From: an uncultured Gammaproteobacteria bacterium | GTDB taxonomy: Bacteria; Patescibacteriota; Patescibacteriia; UBA10025; JAHIVO01 | Assembly: GCA_964628855.1 (NCBI GenBank) | Contig: CAZVMV010000001.1 | Span: forward strand, 11,813 to 75,812 | DNA length: 64,000 nucleotides | Reading direction: 5' to 3' | Shown: positions 1-9,578 of the stretch, in pieces | Position numbering within the stretch: the stretch's first letter is position 1 | How the letters are laid out: every line of letters starts with the position of its first letter | Notes under the pieces: model-generated | What the model saw: the letters and a program-made list of their open reading frames with translations, nothing else | Databases searched by the model: none | Told to the model about the DNA's origin: nothing | Position numbers and translations under genes: made by a program

Positions 1-211
1 GAGGTATATGAAGTTCAAGCCTGGCTCTTTTGGTAAGGGCATCGTACCTGACACGCATGACCTTCCCCTTCCTTTTCACCAGTGGCTGTTTGTAAGGGGA
101 ATAATATGTGTCTATTTGGTGCTTTTCACAAATATATTTTGCGCCGAGTTTTTTCAAACGGGCTTTTATAGGTGCGAAATCCCTCACTCTAGCTTTTAGC
201 TCAATTTCCAT
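1..211 (-). CDS. CYTH-domain protein (class IV adenylate cyclase / triphosphate-tunnel family), 5' part only; continues beyond window start
   Basis: Not in the ORF track because there is no stop inside the window. Minus-strand ATG at 211-209 gives MEIELKARVRDFAPIKARLKKLGAKYICEKHQIDTYYSPYKQPLVKRKGKVMRVRYD..., which fits the EIE[LI]K...Q.D.Y...R.R start of CYTH domains. It begins 1 nt after the stop of the upstream gene. Confidence 0.5.
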   Translation of the reverse strand, partial: MEIELKARVRDFAPIKARLKKLGAKYICEKHQIDTYYSPYKQPLVKRKGKVMRVRYDALTKRARLELHIP

Positions 212-212
212 A

Positions 213-974
213 TTATTTTCTCTCTTTCCATTTAGCCGCTTTCAGCAATGGACCATACAGATCCTCCTCCCAAGAAATGACCCATGATGCGTGCTTATTT
301 TTTGGTTTGTATTTTCCTGGGATAAATGTGACGAAAGGTATGTTACTTATTACAGCTGCGGGCGTCCGTTCTGTGCCCTCCCCCATTACCAAAACTGCCG
401 CCGTAGCCAACGCGTCCGGTATATCCACGGTTGAAATCTTGAATTTCCTGCCGAATAAATCCTTGGTACCGCGGTAGTCGTTAAGTGGTTTGAAACCAGC
501 GTATGAGAGAGCAGTTCCGACAACACCACGGCGTAGAGGAATGGTATGACTGTCTACAATAATAACGCCTAGTTTTTTTACATGGCATTTTTTCTGCAAA
601 AATCTCCGTATTTCCCATGCGGCTTTTTCCGGCTGTTTTGGCCATAAAATATAGTAATCACCGGCATTTGATTCGTCTATACCAGCTGTGGGAATCAAAG
701 TGTTATATTTGACTGTTAGTACGGCAAAACGGTTTGGTGTCATGTGTCTGGGCAGGTATCTCTCCGCCTCCTTGGCGATCAGTTCATCTTTGTGCTTTAC
801 TTTTGCGCGCGCTATACATCTGCCCTGGTGGACACTCACGACTTTTGAGGCTATTGCCACGACAGACCGCTCCGGCAGCTTTTTTATTGCCTTTGACAAC
901 GCCCCAAACAAATCATCCTTTGGGGTTTTGAGAAGCCTGGTTTTTATCGGTTTTACCTGCATAATTATATTCAT
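213..974 (-). CDS. CofE-like protein (F420-0:gamma-glutamyl ligase family fold)
   Basis: ORF 213..1028. The internal start MNIIMQVKPIKT at 974 is preferred. The motif IPTAGIDESNAG and the overall length match the CofE/FbiB N-domain family. Confidence 0.6.
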   Translation of the reverse strand: MNIIMQVKPIKTRLLKTPKDDLFGALSKAIKKLPERSVVAIASKVVSVHQGRCIARAKVKHKDELIAKEAERYLPRHMTPNRFAVLTVKYNTLIPTAGIDESNAGDYYILWPKQPEKAAWEIRRFLQKKCHVKKLGVIIVDSHTIPLRRGVVGTALSYAGFKPLNDYRGTKDLFGRKFKISTVDIPDALATAAVLVMGEGTERTPAAVISNIPFVTFIPGKYKPKNKHASWVISWEEDLYGPLLKAAKWKERK

Positions 975-1130
975 TGTACCATCATAATACTTAGGAGATA
1001 AAGACCATTGACATCCCCGTCTATCCATGGTACTATGCTCGATCCCATATAGAAACCCTTCAAATTCCCGCTATCCTATGATAGAATTGGTAACACCAGC
1101 AAATGTAATCTAACTGGACATGGTTTCTGT

Positions 1131-1204
1131 CGGGGATTGGCCTAATTGGCTATGGCGCACGCTTCGGGTGCGTGAGGTTCCGGGTTCGAGTCCCGGATCC
1201 CCGA
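1131..1204 (+). tRNA. tRNA-Pro (anticodon CGG)
   Basis: Hand-folded 74-nt cloverleaf. Acceptor CGGGGAT/ATCCCCG with the C1:G72 pair typical of bacterial tRNA-Pro. Anticodon stem CACGC/GCGTG, loop TTCGGGT (G37). T arm CCGGG-TTCGAGT-CCCGG. Discriminator A. No encoded CCA. Confidence 0.9.
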
Positions 1205-1393
1205 CAGAAATCGGGTCCGTATGGCGAGGAGAAAAATGAATTGACTGCAGTGCATTTTTCTCACCGTCAACTATACCGCAAACCTTTTAACCAGAGGTGC
1301 ACATGCTCCTTTGCAACGATCAAGGGCCTCCGGTGACCACCTCACGCAGGTAGTCCACGTATTACCGAAAACATTTCATCGGAGGAACATGTC

Positions 1394-1621
1394 ATGTCCA
1401 AAAGGACTGAAGTTAAGCTCGCTGATCTTTTCAATCCTGGCTCGGATAAGGCTCCCGGTCATATCAGGATCGAAATCACTCCCGAAAGCATCGGCCATCC
1501 GGTGACTGCGACCCTCAAGAAGAAGGTCGGTGACGTCGCCCGGGTCGAGTTTAACCATCCAGACCAGGGTCCTCTCCGCGAGGACATCCCGCTGACCGCA
1601 AGGGTCACAAAGCTTGGCTAA
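1394..1621 (+). CDS. small hypothetical protein (75 aa)
   Basis: ORF track. GGAGGA Shine-Dalgarno at 1381-1386, 7 nt before the ATG. An intrinsic terminator follows directly. No family recognised. Confidence 0.55.
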   Translation: MSKRTEVKLADLFNPGSDKAPGHIRIEITPESIGHPVTATLKKKVGDVARVEFNHPDQGPLREDIPLTARVTKLG

Positions 1622-1646
1622 CAACCAAGCCCAAACAAATAGATTA

Positions 1647-1678
1647 CCGCGTTGGGTTTACCCGGCGCGGCTTTTTTA
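1647..1678 (+). terminator. intrinsic terminator of the 75-aa gene
   Basis: CCGCG...CGCGG hairpin followed by CTTTTTTATT. Confidence 0.6.
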
Positions 1679-1680
1679 TT

Positions 1681-1711
1681 AAAAAAACCGGCAACGCTTG
1701 CGCGTCACCGG
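1681..1711 (-). terminator. intrinsic terminator of the purB-like gene
   Basis: Minus strand reads CCGGTGACGC-GCAA-GCGTTGCCGG (10-bp stem, tetraloop) followed by TTTTTTT. It sits back-to-back with the plus-strand terminator. Confidence 0.75.
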
Positions 1712-1740
1712 CCATAACTGACTGAAAAAACCTAGACATA

Positions 1741-3231
1741 TCAGGCGGCCAATTTTAGTCTGGCCTCCCAATGATCCGCTTCCCCCTTTGTCCTCTTGGA
1801 TGCTTCACCGATGTACCTCCCCGGATTGCGCAGAACCAGCATCTGCATCCGAGTCATCATCCCCAGATATGGACGCACCTTTGCATGGTGTTCCAGCCTC
1901 AGCAGGTCCATGACCTTCGTCCCGGTTTTGATCGACTCGTCGCAGAGGGCCGAAACATAGTGATGAGCGTCAGGCATGCCGTAATAGGTGAACAGCGTGT
2001 TCAGCGGATCAGAGACGATCAGATCACCGGTCAGTTTCAGGTTCTTCACCATCTGATCCTCGTCCACTACCAGCTTGGCCAGCACGCGGTTCAGCGTTTT
2101 GGCAGCCGAGTACACGAACTCCAGGATCTCGATATGGAAACGACCGGACGCGGAATTCGTCAGGTCGCGCTGATGGTCGGAGATGAGATCAAGGTAAACA
2201 CCGATCATCCTGCCGATCTCAGCCTTGTCGAGACTCTTCACGTTCTCGAACGAGATCGGATTGCTCTTATGAGCCATGATCGACGAACTCCCCTGAGTAG
2301 ACTTATGCTGGCCGACCTCTGCCACTTCCGTCGATTGCAGCCGACGGAAACTGTCGCCCAAATCACCGAAGATGCCCATGATCAGCGTCAGGCGGTGATA
2401 CACATCAGCCATCGCTTCCGGCATGGTTATCTGCGTCGAATACCGGCCAGGCTTCAGACCGAGACGGGCAAGCAAACGACGCTCAAACCGGCGCGGACTT
2501 CTCATGACCAGCGAGGTCGGTCCATACGTTCCGACTGGTCCGGAAAACTTACCGGGCAGTCGATGAAGCTCCTGCTCGAGCTTCACGATCTCCTCACCGA
2601 GGCGCACGGCATATTCACAAACGCTATTACCGAACGTTTGCGGTGAAGCGTGCTGCAGGTGCGTTCTCCCGACCTGCGGCGTTTCTGCATACGCCCGCAT
2701 CAGACGGATGAAGTGCCCTTCCACCTTCTTCAGTTCCGGCAGAATGACGCTTTCTCCGGCATCGCGCGTGCGGGCCGCGTCAGCGGTACAGAGGATATCG
2801 CAGCTTGTGGCGAAAAGATGGACAAATCGCCTCGCAGCTTTCGATACCGACGTCTTGATGCACAGGACCAATGCCCGTACATCGTGGCGGATCGCTTTGA
2901 TCCGGCCAGGTACGCCGTATTCGTACCGATACACGTCAGATGCCTTCAGGCCTACGCAGGCACGAATAATCTCGTTCGTGGCGCGGTGTGAACATTTGCC
3001 CCTGGATTCCATTTCAAGGGCAATCGCGGACTCCACCATCCCCTCATAAAGGATGCGCGCCTGTTCGGACGTGAACGGCGCAAGCGCCTGATTCACATAG
3101 CGGTATGCCCAGGGACTTACCTGAGAAAAATCACGACGGCGTTTGATGCGCATCGCCCTCTCAAGTATCGGCCACAAACGATGGTCGTAATGCCGGAAAT
3201 GCAACGGTTGCGGAATTGGTCTTTTCTTCAT
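1741..3231 (-). CDS. purB: adenylosuccinate lyase family protein (divergent PurB)
   Basis: 496-aa ORF. Fumarate-lyase superfamily signature GSSSIMAHKSNP, with one extra residue relative to GSSxMPxKxNP. Context next to guaA/add/guaB. Confidence 0.65.
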   Translation of the reverse strand: MKKRPIPQPLHFRHYDHRLWPILERAMRIKRRRDFSQVSPWAYRYVNQALAPFTSEQARILYEGMVESAIALEMESRGKCSHRATNEIIRACVGLKASDVYRYEYGVPGRIKAIRHDVRALVLCIKTSVSKAARRFVHLFATSCDILCTADAARTRDAGESVILPELKKVEGHFIRLMRAYAETPQVGRTHLQHASPQTFGNSVCEYAVRLGEEIVKLEQELHRLPGKFSGPVGTYGPTSLVMRSPRRFERRLLARLGLKPGRYSTQITMPEAMADVYHRLTLIMGIFGDLGDSFRRLQSTEVAEVGQHKSTQGSSSIMAHKSNPISFENVKSLDKAEIGRMIGVYLDLISDHQRDLTNSASGRFHIEILEFVYSAAKTLNRVLAKLVVDEDQMVKNLKLTGDLIVSDPLNTLFTYYGMPDAHHYVSALCDESIKTGTKVMDLLRLEHHAKVRPYLGMMTRMQMLVLRNPGRYIGEASKRTKGEADHWEARLKLAA

Positions 3232-3359
3232 TGGATACCTCCATAAAAATACATTGTTTCAAGGTTCTCTTTTCAAATTACCCAACCTTAGCACGGCAAA
3301 AGGTCTCCGTCAACGATAAAAAAACATCAAGCTGAATAATCTTTGATGTCATTAATAAA

Positions 3360-4889
3360 TCACTCCCACTCGACCGTCCCTGGCGGTTTGGAGGTAATGT
3401 CGTATACGACGCGATTCACTTCGCGAACCTCATTTGTAATTCGTACGGAAATGCGGGCCAGCAGGTCATGAGGCAACTGTGCCCAATCTGCTGTCATGAA
3501 ATCCTTGGTCGTCACTGCCCGGACGATTATCGGGTGGCCGTATGTCCGGCTGTCGCCCTGCACTCCGACCGAACGTATAGCCGGCAGTGCGGCGTAATAC
3601 TGCTGGACCTGTTTGGACCATCCGCTTTTTTCTATTTCCTCACGTACGATGGCATCGGCTTGGCGTACGATGGCAACACGCTCCGGCGTAACTTCTCCGA
3701 TAATGCGGACGGCCAAACCCGGACCGGGGAACGGCTGGCGCTGTACAACAGATTCCGGCAATTTTAATAGCCGTCCGATCTGCCGCACTTCATCCTTGTA
3801 TAATTCACGGAACGGTTCGATTAACTTGAATCCGAAACGTTCCGGCAATCCGCCGACATTGTGGTGGGATTTTATGACCGCGGCAGTTTTCCCCACACTG
3901 ACGCCGGAAGTGATTGCGTCAGTATACAATGTCCCCTGTACCAGCCATTTTATTTTGCCTAATTTCTTGGCTTCGCGTTCAAAAATCCGGATGAACAATT
4001 CACCGATAATTTTTCTTTTCCTTTCAGGGTCTGTGACCCCCTTCAGTCTGGTAAAAAATTGCGGAGCGGCCTTGATCACTCTCAGATCGATATGTTGGTA
4101 ACCGCGGAAAGTCCTCTCAACTTGTTCCACTTCACCTTGCCTCATCAGGCCCGTATCGACAAAAATGCAGGTTAGTTGTTTGCCGACCGCCCGATGGACA
4201 AGCGTCGCCGCTACTGAAGAATCTACGCCACCGGACAGGGCGCAAACCACACGGTCAGGTCCAACTAATGTTTTAATTTGTCTGGCTTTTTGGCTGACGA
4301 AACCGGCCATGGACCAGGAACGCTTGGCGCCGGTTATCCGGATAAAATTTTTAATGATTGCCATCCCATTCACGGTGTGCGCTACCTCTGGATGGAACTG
4401 CAAGCCAAAAAGCTTCCTCTTATTATCGGACATGGCGGCTATCGGACAATTTGCAGTTGTGGCCATGCGGACGAATCCATATGGCAATTTCGTAACCTGG
4501 TCGCCGTGCGACATCCAGGTCAGCTGCTTTTTTGACAGCCCCTTCAACAAAACTGATTTGCCGGTGAGTCGGACGTTGGTCGGGCCATATTCACGCAACT
4601 TCCCTGACCTTACTTTTCCGCCCAATTCAAATGCCATCAGCTGCATGCCGTAACAAATACCCAGAACTGGAATTCCCAAATCAAAAACTTCCTTGTTGAT
4701 GCGCAAGGCTCCAGATTCTGATAAATTTTGTGGCCCACCGGAAAGGATTATCCCTTTTGCAACGGCTAAATTTTCCGGTGCCACCGTGCATGGCACCAAC
4801 TCCGAAAAAACCCCAAACTCTCGGATCCGTCTGACTATCAGGTGAGAGTACTGGGAACCGAAGTCAATGACAATGATTGTATCCCGCAT
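3360..4889 (-). CDS. guaA: GMP synthase (glutamine-hydrolysing)
   Basis: 509 aa. N-terminal amidotransferase (GICYGMQ), ATP-PPase loop SGGVDSS, C-terminal ...KPPGTVEWE. Confidence 0.95.
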   Translation of the reverse strand: MRDTIIVIDFGSQYSHLIVRRIREFGVFSELVPCTVAPENLAVAKGIILSGGPQNLSESGALRINKEVFDLGIPVLGICYGMQLMAFELGGKVRSGKLREYGPTNVRLTGKSVLLKGLSKKQLTWMSHGDQVTKLPYGFVRMATTANCPIAAMSDNKRKLFGLQFHPEVAHTVNGMAIIKNFIRITGAKRSWSMAGFVSQKARQIKTLVGPDRVVCALSGGVDSSVAATLVHRAVGKQLTCIFVDTGLMRQGEVEQVERTFRGYQHIDLRVIKAAPQFFTRLKGVTDPERKRKIIGELFIRIFEREAKKLGKIKWLVQGTLYTDAITSGVSVGKTAAVIKSHHNVGGLPERFGFKLIEPFRELYKDEVRQIGRLLKLPESVVQRQPFPGPGLAVRIIGEVTPERVAIVRQADAIVREEIEKSGWSKQVQQYYAALPAIRSVGVQGDSRTYGHPIIVRAVTTKDFMTADWAQLPHDLLARISVRITNEVREVNRVVYDITSKPPGTVEWE

Positions 4890-4892
4890 AAA

Positions 4893-5882
4893 TTATCTCA
4901 AAAATGACGATTCCAATGCCCAGCGTGTGCACCGGTCAATTTGCTGCACCGACAAAAAACCCGCCCGTCGCAACAATTCCTGCTCTTCGTACAGGTTTGT
5001 GGCGTACATTTCCGGCCCGTCCGTGTTGATAGTAAATTTAATTCCATGTTTGAGATAAGTGCGAATAATATGCCCGATTTCGCGAATTCCAGAAACGACG
5101 CTGTTATGGATATTCGAGGTTGGGCAAGTTTCCAAAACAATTCCCTGCCGGGCTATTTCTTTCATCAGCGCCACACTCTTGACGCATAGCAGGCCGTGAC
5201 CGATCCGGTCAGGCTTGATATGCTCCACGACATAATCCATTTCCCGGATGCTGCCTTCTTCCCCGGTATGGATAGTCACTCCTAATCCCGCCTCGCGCGC
5301 CCGACGAAATAGCGAGCTATGCCTTTGGATGGAAAAACTTTTCCGCTGCGGCCCAGCCAGGTCAATCCCGACAATGCCGCTGTCTTTATACTGTATAGCC
5401 TTACGGAGGATGATCTCGTTCTGCTTGAAGGTGAGGGTGCGGTCCATCATCAGGATGATACCAGCTTTAACTTGCGGGTATTCCAGCAAAGCCCTGTCCA
5501 GCCCCCACAGCGAGGCCACAATAATATGGTCCAGATCTTTTTCCCCGCCACGGTTTCGGAACATGGGGTTAAACCTTAATTCCTGTACTACGATATTGCA
5601 TTTGCGGTATCCGCCACCAATGACGCTCTTAACAGATTCCTCCATCGCATCCGGCGAGGATTGGATTAGCTCAGTCCAATAAAAAAAATTATTGTGCATT
5701 TCGTCCAGGTTCCGGTTGCGCTCTTTCCCGGATATGGTGATCATGTCCTCAAAATCCCAGTAATCCTTTGTCGGCAGCCTGATCCCTTGGCGATGAGCGA
5801 TTGACCATAAAATCGCCGGGTCAACGGACGCGCCAAGATGCGCATGTAATTCTGCTCTTGGTTTGTTGGTTTTTCTCGGCAT
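4893..5882 (-). CDS. add: adenosine deaminase family protein
   Basis: 329 aa. Motifs ELHAHLGAS, IHTGEEG, INTDGPEMY are typical of the adenosine/AMP deaminase metal site. Confidence 0.85.
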   Translation of the reverse strand: MPRKTNKPRAELHAHLGASVDPAILWSIAHRQGIRLPTKDYWDFEDMITISGKERNRNLDEMHNNFFYWTELIQSSPDAMEESVKSVIGGGYRKCNIVVQELRFNPMFRNRGGEKDLDHIIVASLWGLDRALLEYPQVKAGIILMMDRTLTFKQNEIILRKAIQYKDSGIVGIDLAGPQRKSFSIQRHSSLFRRAREAGLGVTIHTGEEGSIREMDYVVEHIKPDRIGHGLLCVKSVALMKEIARQGIVLETCPTSNIHNSVVSGIREIGHIIRTYLKHGIKFTINTDGPEMYATNLYEEQELLRRAGFLSVQQIDRCTRWALESSFLR

Positions 5883-5888
5883 AGGTTT

Positions 5889-6950
5889 TTAATAATTTGG
5901 CGCTTTCTTGCTGATGGCGATTGTATGCGGATGGGATTCTTTCAGGCTGGCATCGGTAATCCTGACAAAACGGGCTTGCTTAGGTATTTTTGAAATCGAT
6001 TCAGCGCCGATATAGCCCATTCCGCTTTTCAATCCGCCGACGATATTCCAGACCACTTCTTCGACAGTGCCTTTGTATGGCACGACTCCCTCTACCCCTT
6101 CTGGCACATATCGCTTGGCATTCTTCTGGAAATACCGGTCAGTTGACTTGCCGCTCTGCATAGCGCCCAAACTACCCATACCTCGATATGATTTGAACAA
6201 CTTTCCGTTAATCTTTATCATTTGGCCAGGCGCCTCGCGGGTGCCGGCAAACATGGATCCCAGCATCACCGATGACGCCCCGGCGGCTAATGCCTTTACT
6301 ACATCTCCTGAATACTTGATTCCGCCATCAGCAATAACTGGCACCTGTCGAGATCGGGCTGCCTTCACTACATTCATGACAGCCGTTAATTGCGGGACGC
6401 CGACACCGGTCACGACACGCGTAGTGCATATCGAGCCTGGACCAATGCCCACTTTAATCGCGTCAGCAAAAGGCAAAAAGGCTTTTGCCGCCTCGGCAGT
6501 AGCAATATTCCCGACTACAAGCTGAGCCTTTATTTTTTTCTTTATCTTCCTGGCGTCAGTAACAATCCTGGTATTGTGCGCATGAGCGCAATCGATAAAG
6601 ATGGCATCGGCACCGTTTTTATCCAGCATTAAAGCCCGCTCAATGTCATGCGGGCCAACAGCGGCGGCGGTTATTAATTTTTTAGTATGGACCTTTTTCA
6701 CCATCGCCACTGATTCTGTTGCCGAACAATTTCTATGCAATACGGCCAGTCCGCCGAGCTTCCCGAGGGCAATAGCCAAATCCGGACCACTGACCGTGTC
6801 CATGGCCGCAGCCAAAATTGGAATTTTGATTGTTATTTTCTTTGTCAGCCTGGTTTCCAGACTCACGTCACTTCTCACCACAGATGATTCCCTTGGCTCT
6901 AATAATACGTCGTCAAAAGTTAGTCCTAATGGGAAACGATTTTCATCCAT
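5889..6950 (-). CDS. guaB: IMP dehydrogenase lacking the CBS/Bateman subdomain (IMPDH/GMP reductase family)
   Basis: 353 aa. [12 protein letters not shown]-terminus and catalytic loop [11 protein letters not shown]. The sequence runs ...[29 protein letters not shown] with no CBS pair. Confidence 0.8.
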   Translation of the reverse strand: MDENRFPLGLTFDDVLLEPRESSVVRSDVSLETRLTKKITIKIPILAAAMDTVSGPDLAIALGKLGGLAVLHRNCSATESVAMVKKVHTKKLITAAAVGPHDIERALMLDKNGADAIFIDCAHAHNTRIVTDARKIKKKIKAQLVVGNIATAEAAKAFLPFADAIKVGIGPGSICTTRVVTGVGVPQLTAVMNVVKAARSRQVPVIADGGIKYSGDVVKALAAGASSVMLGSMFAGTREAPGQMIKINGKLFKSYRGMGSLGAMQSGKSTDRYFQKNAKRYVPEGVEGVVPYKGTVEEVVWNIVGGLKSGMGYIGAESISKIPKQARFVRITDASLKESHPHTIAISKKAPNY

Positions 6951-7018
6951 AAATAAGGTAAAAATAAAGTGGGCTCATTATATCACATCCACCATTCAGT
7001 CGTACAGCATTAGCAATT

Positions 7019-8005
7019 TTAGCCAAGTGCCGTATAGGGCACATCAATAATATGTTGCCTGGTCCAATGGTCTAGTGGCTTAGCCAGATTCGCTTTCAGG
7101 TATTTCGGCGCCAAAATGAAATCCTGATAACCGCTTTCGGTACTCGTCCCGCCATTGGAAAAAATCGTAACCAGCTTCGAATCAAACATCATTTTATACC
7201 CCGCTGAAACGTATTCATGGGACCTCACCAGCACCCGGGCGCCAGTAATGTCCATGAACTTGTCGAAGATCTCCCGCCCGAACAAATAATGGCTGCCCCG
7301 CTGATAATTGAAAACAAAACTGCGGATATCTTCACTGGGGTCGTTCCATCGCATCTCTTCCATTGCTTCCTCATCATAAAGTTCATTTAAAGAATTTGGC
7401 GGGACGACCGGCAATCCCCCATGGACGGCCACAATACCGTTGCCAGCAACTACCATGCTCGGCCATAGTTCAAACAATCCGTTGAGCTGTTCAAAAATTT
7501 CCTGCCCCCGGTCATAATCGAATAATTTGAGGCAGGAGCCCAATAACCCGAAATACTGGTTCAACTGCATTTCCTCATGGTTTCCCCGCAACAGAAAAAC
7601 ATTTTGTGGGTGCTTTTTTTTCAGCCCCAGCAGTAATTCGATATTCTTGATGTCCTCCTTGCCACGGTCTGCGACATCTCCCAGCACAACCAGATATATC
7701 GCTTCGCCAGAAGTAACCTTTTCAATAAAACCCTCGGCGCGCAAAATCGACGTGACGACTAATGAATCGCCATGCGTATCACCGACAATTATCACTTCAC
7801 CGTGAGGAGGCAGGTAAACCACCGGCCAATCTGTAAATGGCTTATCGGCATGAGTTTCATCCAAGGATATCCCGAGTCTGCCCTTGCCTTGCTTCTGTTC
7901 GGAAATTAATATGCGGGAAACAGCTTCTATAAGCTTGGCCAGGGAATCAGCGGCCCCAGTCGTAGCAAGGCCGAGTTTTTTTGTTGTTTTTAGCTGATGG
8001 ATCAT
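7019..8005 (-). CDS. PPP-family metallophosphoesterase (Ser/Thr phosphatase / ApaH-like)
   Basis: Motifs GDTHGD, GDVADRG, GNHE in canonical order. Confidence 0.75.
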   Translation of the reverse strand: MIHQLKTTKKLGLATTGAADSLAKLIEAVSRILISEQKQGKGRLGISLDETHADKPFTDWPVVYLPPHGEVIIVGDTHGDSLVVTSILRAEGFIEKVTSGEAIYLVVLGDVADRGKEDIKNIELLLGLKKKHPQNVFLLRGNHEEMQLNQYFGLLGSCLKLFDYDRGQEIFEQLNGLFELWPSMVVAGNGIVAVHGGLPVVPPNSLNELYDEEAMEEMRWNDPSEDIRSFVFNYQRGSHYLFGREIFDKFMDITGARVLVRSHEYVSAGYKMMFDSKLVTIFSNGGTSTESGYQDFILAPKYLKANLAKPLDHWTRQHIIDVPYTALG

Positions 8006-8898
8006 GGGTTAACAATCCTTAGTGATTTTGATAAAATTCTGATTTCAAAGCGTTTTTGTTTTTGCAAAATTTCACCATCCACATGGGCAGAAAGTTCCGC
8101 CTCGGAATTAATAACTATCTCATGCCCAGTGAACATGCGGACCTCGGGCATACTCAGATGGGTGCCTTTCAAGAATTTTGTGATGTTCCTCAGGGCATAC
8201 CATCGTCCCGTTTTCTCCACCAGACAAATATCAAATTGCCCGTCGTCGATTTTGGCCATCGGCGTGACATAGAAACCTCCTCCGTAACGGGTGCCATTGC
8301 AGGTTGCCACCAAAAAAATCCTGCCCTGGTAAACTTCCCACCCGTCAACGGAAAGCGTGACTTGCTGGAATCTGTAAGTGGCTAGGGTGCGCAATACGGC
8401 AAGCAAATAAGCCCAAAAACCCCTGACGAATCTCAGATAACGCCTGACCCGACCCGCTGCTTCACCGTCAAAACCGACACCGATGCCATTGATGAAATAC
8501 CTGCCACCATTAACCTGGCCGAGATCAATTGTTTTCGTATCTGCCCGCCGTAAGATTTCCAGGTTTTTTTTCAGGCTTTTTGACAAACCGATTGTTAGGG
8601 CAAAATCATTTCCAGAGCCGGAGGGTAGGATGCCGAGTACGGCGCTGGTGCCTACCAGGCCAGCCGCTATTTCATTAACCGTGCCATCACCACCCACCGC
8701 CACGACCACTTCGAATTTACGCGCTGCCTGCCTAGCTAAATTAACGGCTTCTCCCTGCCCTTTTGTGATGATTGTTTCAATAATCCACCCCTGCATACGG
8801 CAAAAATCCTGGATTTGTTTGATGGAATGCATCTGCTTCCCATTTCCGGCCGCAGGATTGATGATAAAATAATATTTTGTAAATTTTGACATACGCAT
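8002..8898 (-). CDS. diacylglycerol/lipid kinase (YegS/DagK family)
   Basis: ORF 8002..9003, trimmed to MRMSKFTKYYFIINPAAGNG at 8898. GGDGTVNE motif. ATGA overlap with the downstream phosphatase gene. Confidence 0.8.
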   Translation of the reverse strand: MRMSKFTKYYFIINPAAGNGKQMHSIKQIQDFCRMQGWIIETIITKGQGEAVNLARQAARKFEVVVAVGGDGTVNEIAAGLVGTSAVLGILPSGSGNDFALTIGLSKSLKKNLEILRRADTKTIDLGQVNGGRYFINGIGVGFDGEAAGRVRRYLRFVRGFWAYLLAVLRTLATYRFQQVTLSVDGWEVYQGRIFLVATCNGTRYGGGFYVTPMAKIDDGQFDICLVEKTGRWYALRNITKFLKGTHLSMPEVRMFTGHEIVINSEAELSAHVDGEILQKQKRFEIRILSKSLRIVNP

Positions 8899-9134
8899 CT
8901 TAAGTATACGCCAGTTTGACACGGGTTTCCATTGTGCTACACTATCCCATATGCAACAGGTTAAATCATACATCCAAGTCCCGCCAAGCCAAAAGGAATC
9001 CAATTCCTCTTGGCCACGTGATGCTGCATAAAAAAATAAAGATTATAAACTAAACGCATCAGGATTCCGGCCAGAGAGGCCGGTTTTTTGGTATGGAAAA
9101 AATTGCACCTTATTACTTTCCTGAGGAGGAAAAA

Positions 9135-9350
9135 ATGAAAACTGAAGAATTGACATCCATGCAGACGGACGAACTGATCGACCTGATCTGGCTGCGCCTC
9201 GTCCGGACGGCGGAGGAAGAAATCCTTGTCCTGGCCGAACTGGGAGCCCGGCACCTGACACCCAGGCAAAAAGCGCTGGTCCGCCATTTGGTACCGGTCG
9301 CCAGGCGAAAATATGACTACAGTGTCACGTTGTTGAATGGGCAAGTTTGA
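9135..9350 (+). CDS. small hypothetical protein (71 aa)
   Basis: ORF 9093..9350. The start at 9135 is preferred because GAGGAGG lies 6 nt upstream. A perfect palindromic terminator follows. Confidence 0.5.
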   Translation: MKTEELTSMQTDELIDLIWLRLVRTAEEEILVLAELGARHLTPRQKALVRHLVPVARRKYDYSVTLLNGQV

Positions 9351-9370
9351 AAATTAGCACCTTTGCTAAA

Positions 9371-9400
9371 AATACGGTTATCACATGATAACCGTATTTT
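9371..9400 (+). terminator. palindromic hairpin terminator
   Basis: AATACGGTTATC-ACAT-GATAACCGTATT (12-bp perfect stem) followed by TT. Confidence 0.6.
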
Positions 9401-9437
9401 AAATTGTGTTTGAAATGCAGATAAATTGTCCGTATTG

Positions 9438-9508
9438 CTGCGAGACCTGGAGTCGAACCAGGATTAACGGATTCAGAGTCCGTCGTCCTACCATTAGACG
9501 ATCTCGCA
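9438..9508 (-). tRNA. tRNA-Gln (anticodon CUG)
   Basis: Hand-folded 71 nt. Acceptor TGCGAGA/TCTCGCA (U1:A72) and discriminator G, as in bacterial tRNA-Gln. Anticodon stem ACGGA/TCCGT, loop CTCTGAA. T arm CCTGG-TTCGACT-CCAGG. Confidence 0.9.
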
Positions 9509-9578
9509 ACAATAGGGATAATTTTTAATAGTCCAGATATATTACAAAAATTGCGCAAAAAACACAAGGGGGGAGAAA

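Noticed and set aside
1771-2646. 291-aa plus-strand ORF. Many similar 60-220-aa ORFs occur opposite long genes (for example 3613..4101, 6067..6525, 14705..15373, 23083..23658, 34547..35224, 51089..51907).
   Set aside because: They lie entirely antisense to, or out of frame with, genes carrying strong family motifs (purB, guaA, guaB, the ATPase, dnaJ, dnaK, gap). They have low-complexity Ser/Arg/Pro-rich translations and no RBS. They are shadow ORFs.
8899-9003. 5' extensions of ORF-track entries (also 975..1028, 21857..21934, 36817..36915, 38210..38230, 49608..49652, 50970..51134, 62505..62579).
   Set aside because: The extensions lack an RBS, overlap neighbouring genes or promoters, and precede internal ATGs that have good SD sequences and family-typical N-termini.
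9354-9369. TTAGCACCTTTGCTAA, which resembles CIRCE half-sites.
   Set aside because: The arms are only 6 nt and the spacer is 4 nt, against 9 nt arms and a 9 nt spacer in CIRCE. It is not upstream of a chaperone gene. It is probably part of the terminator region.
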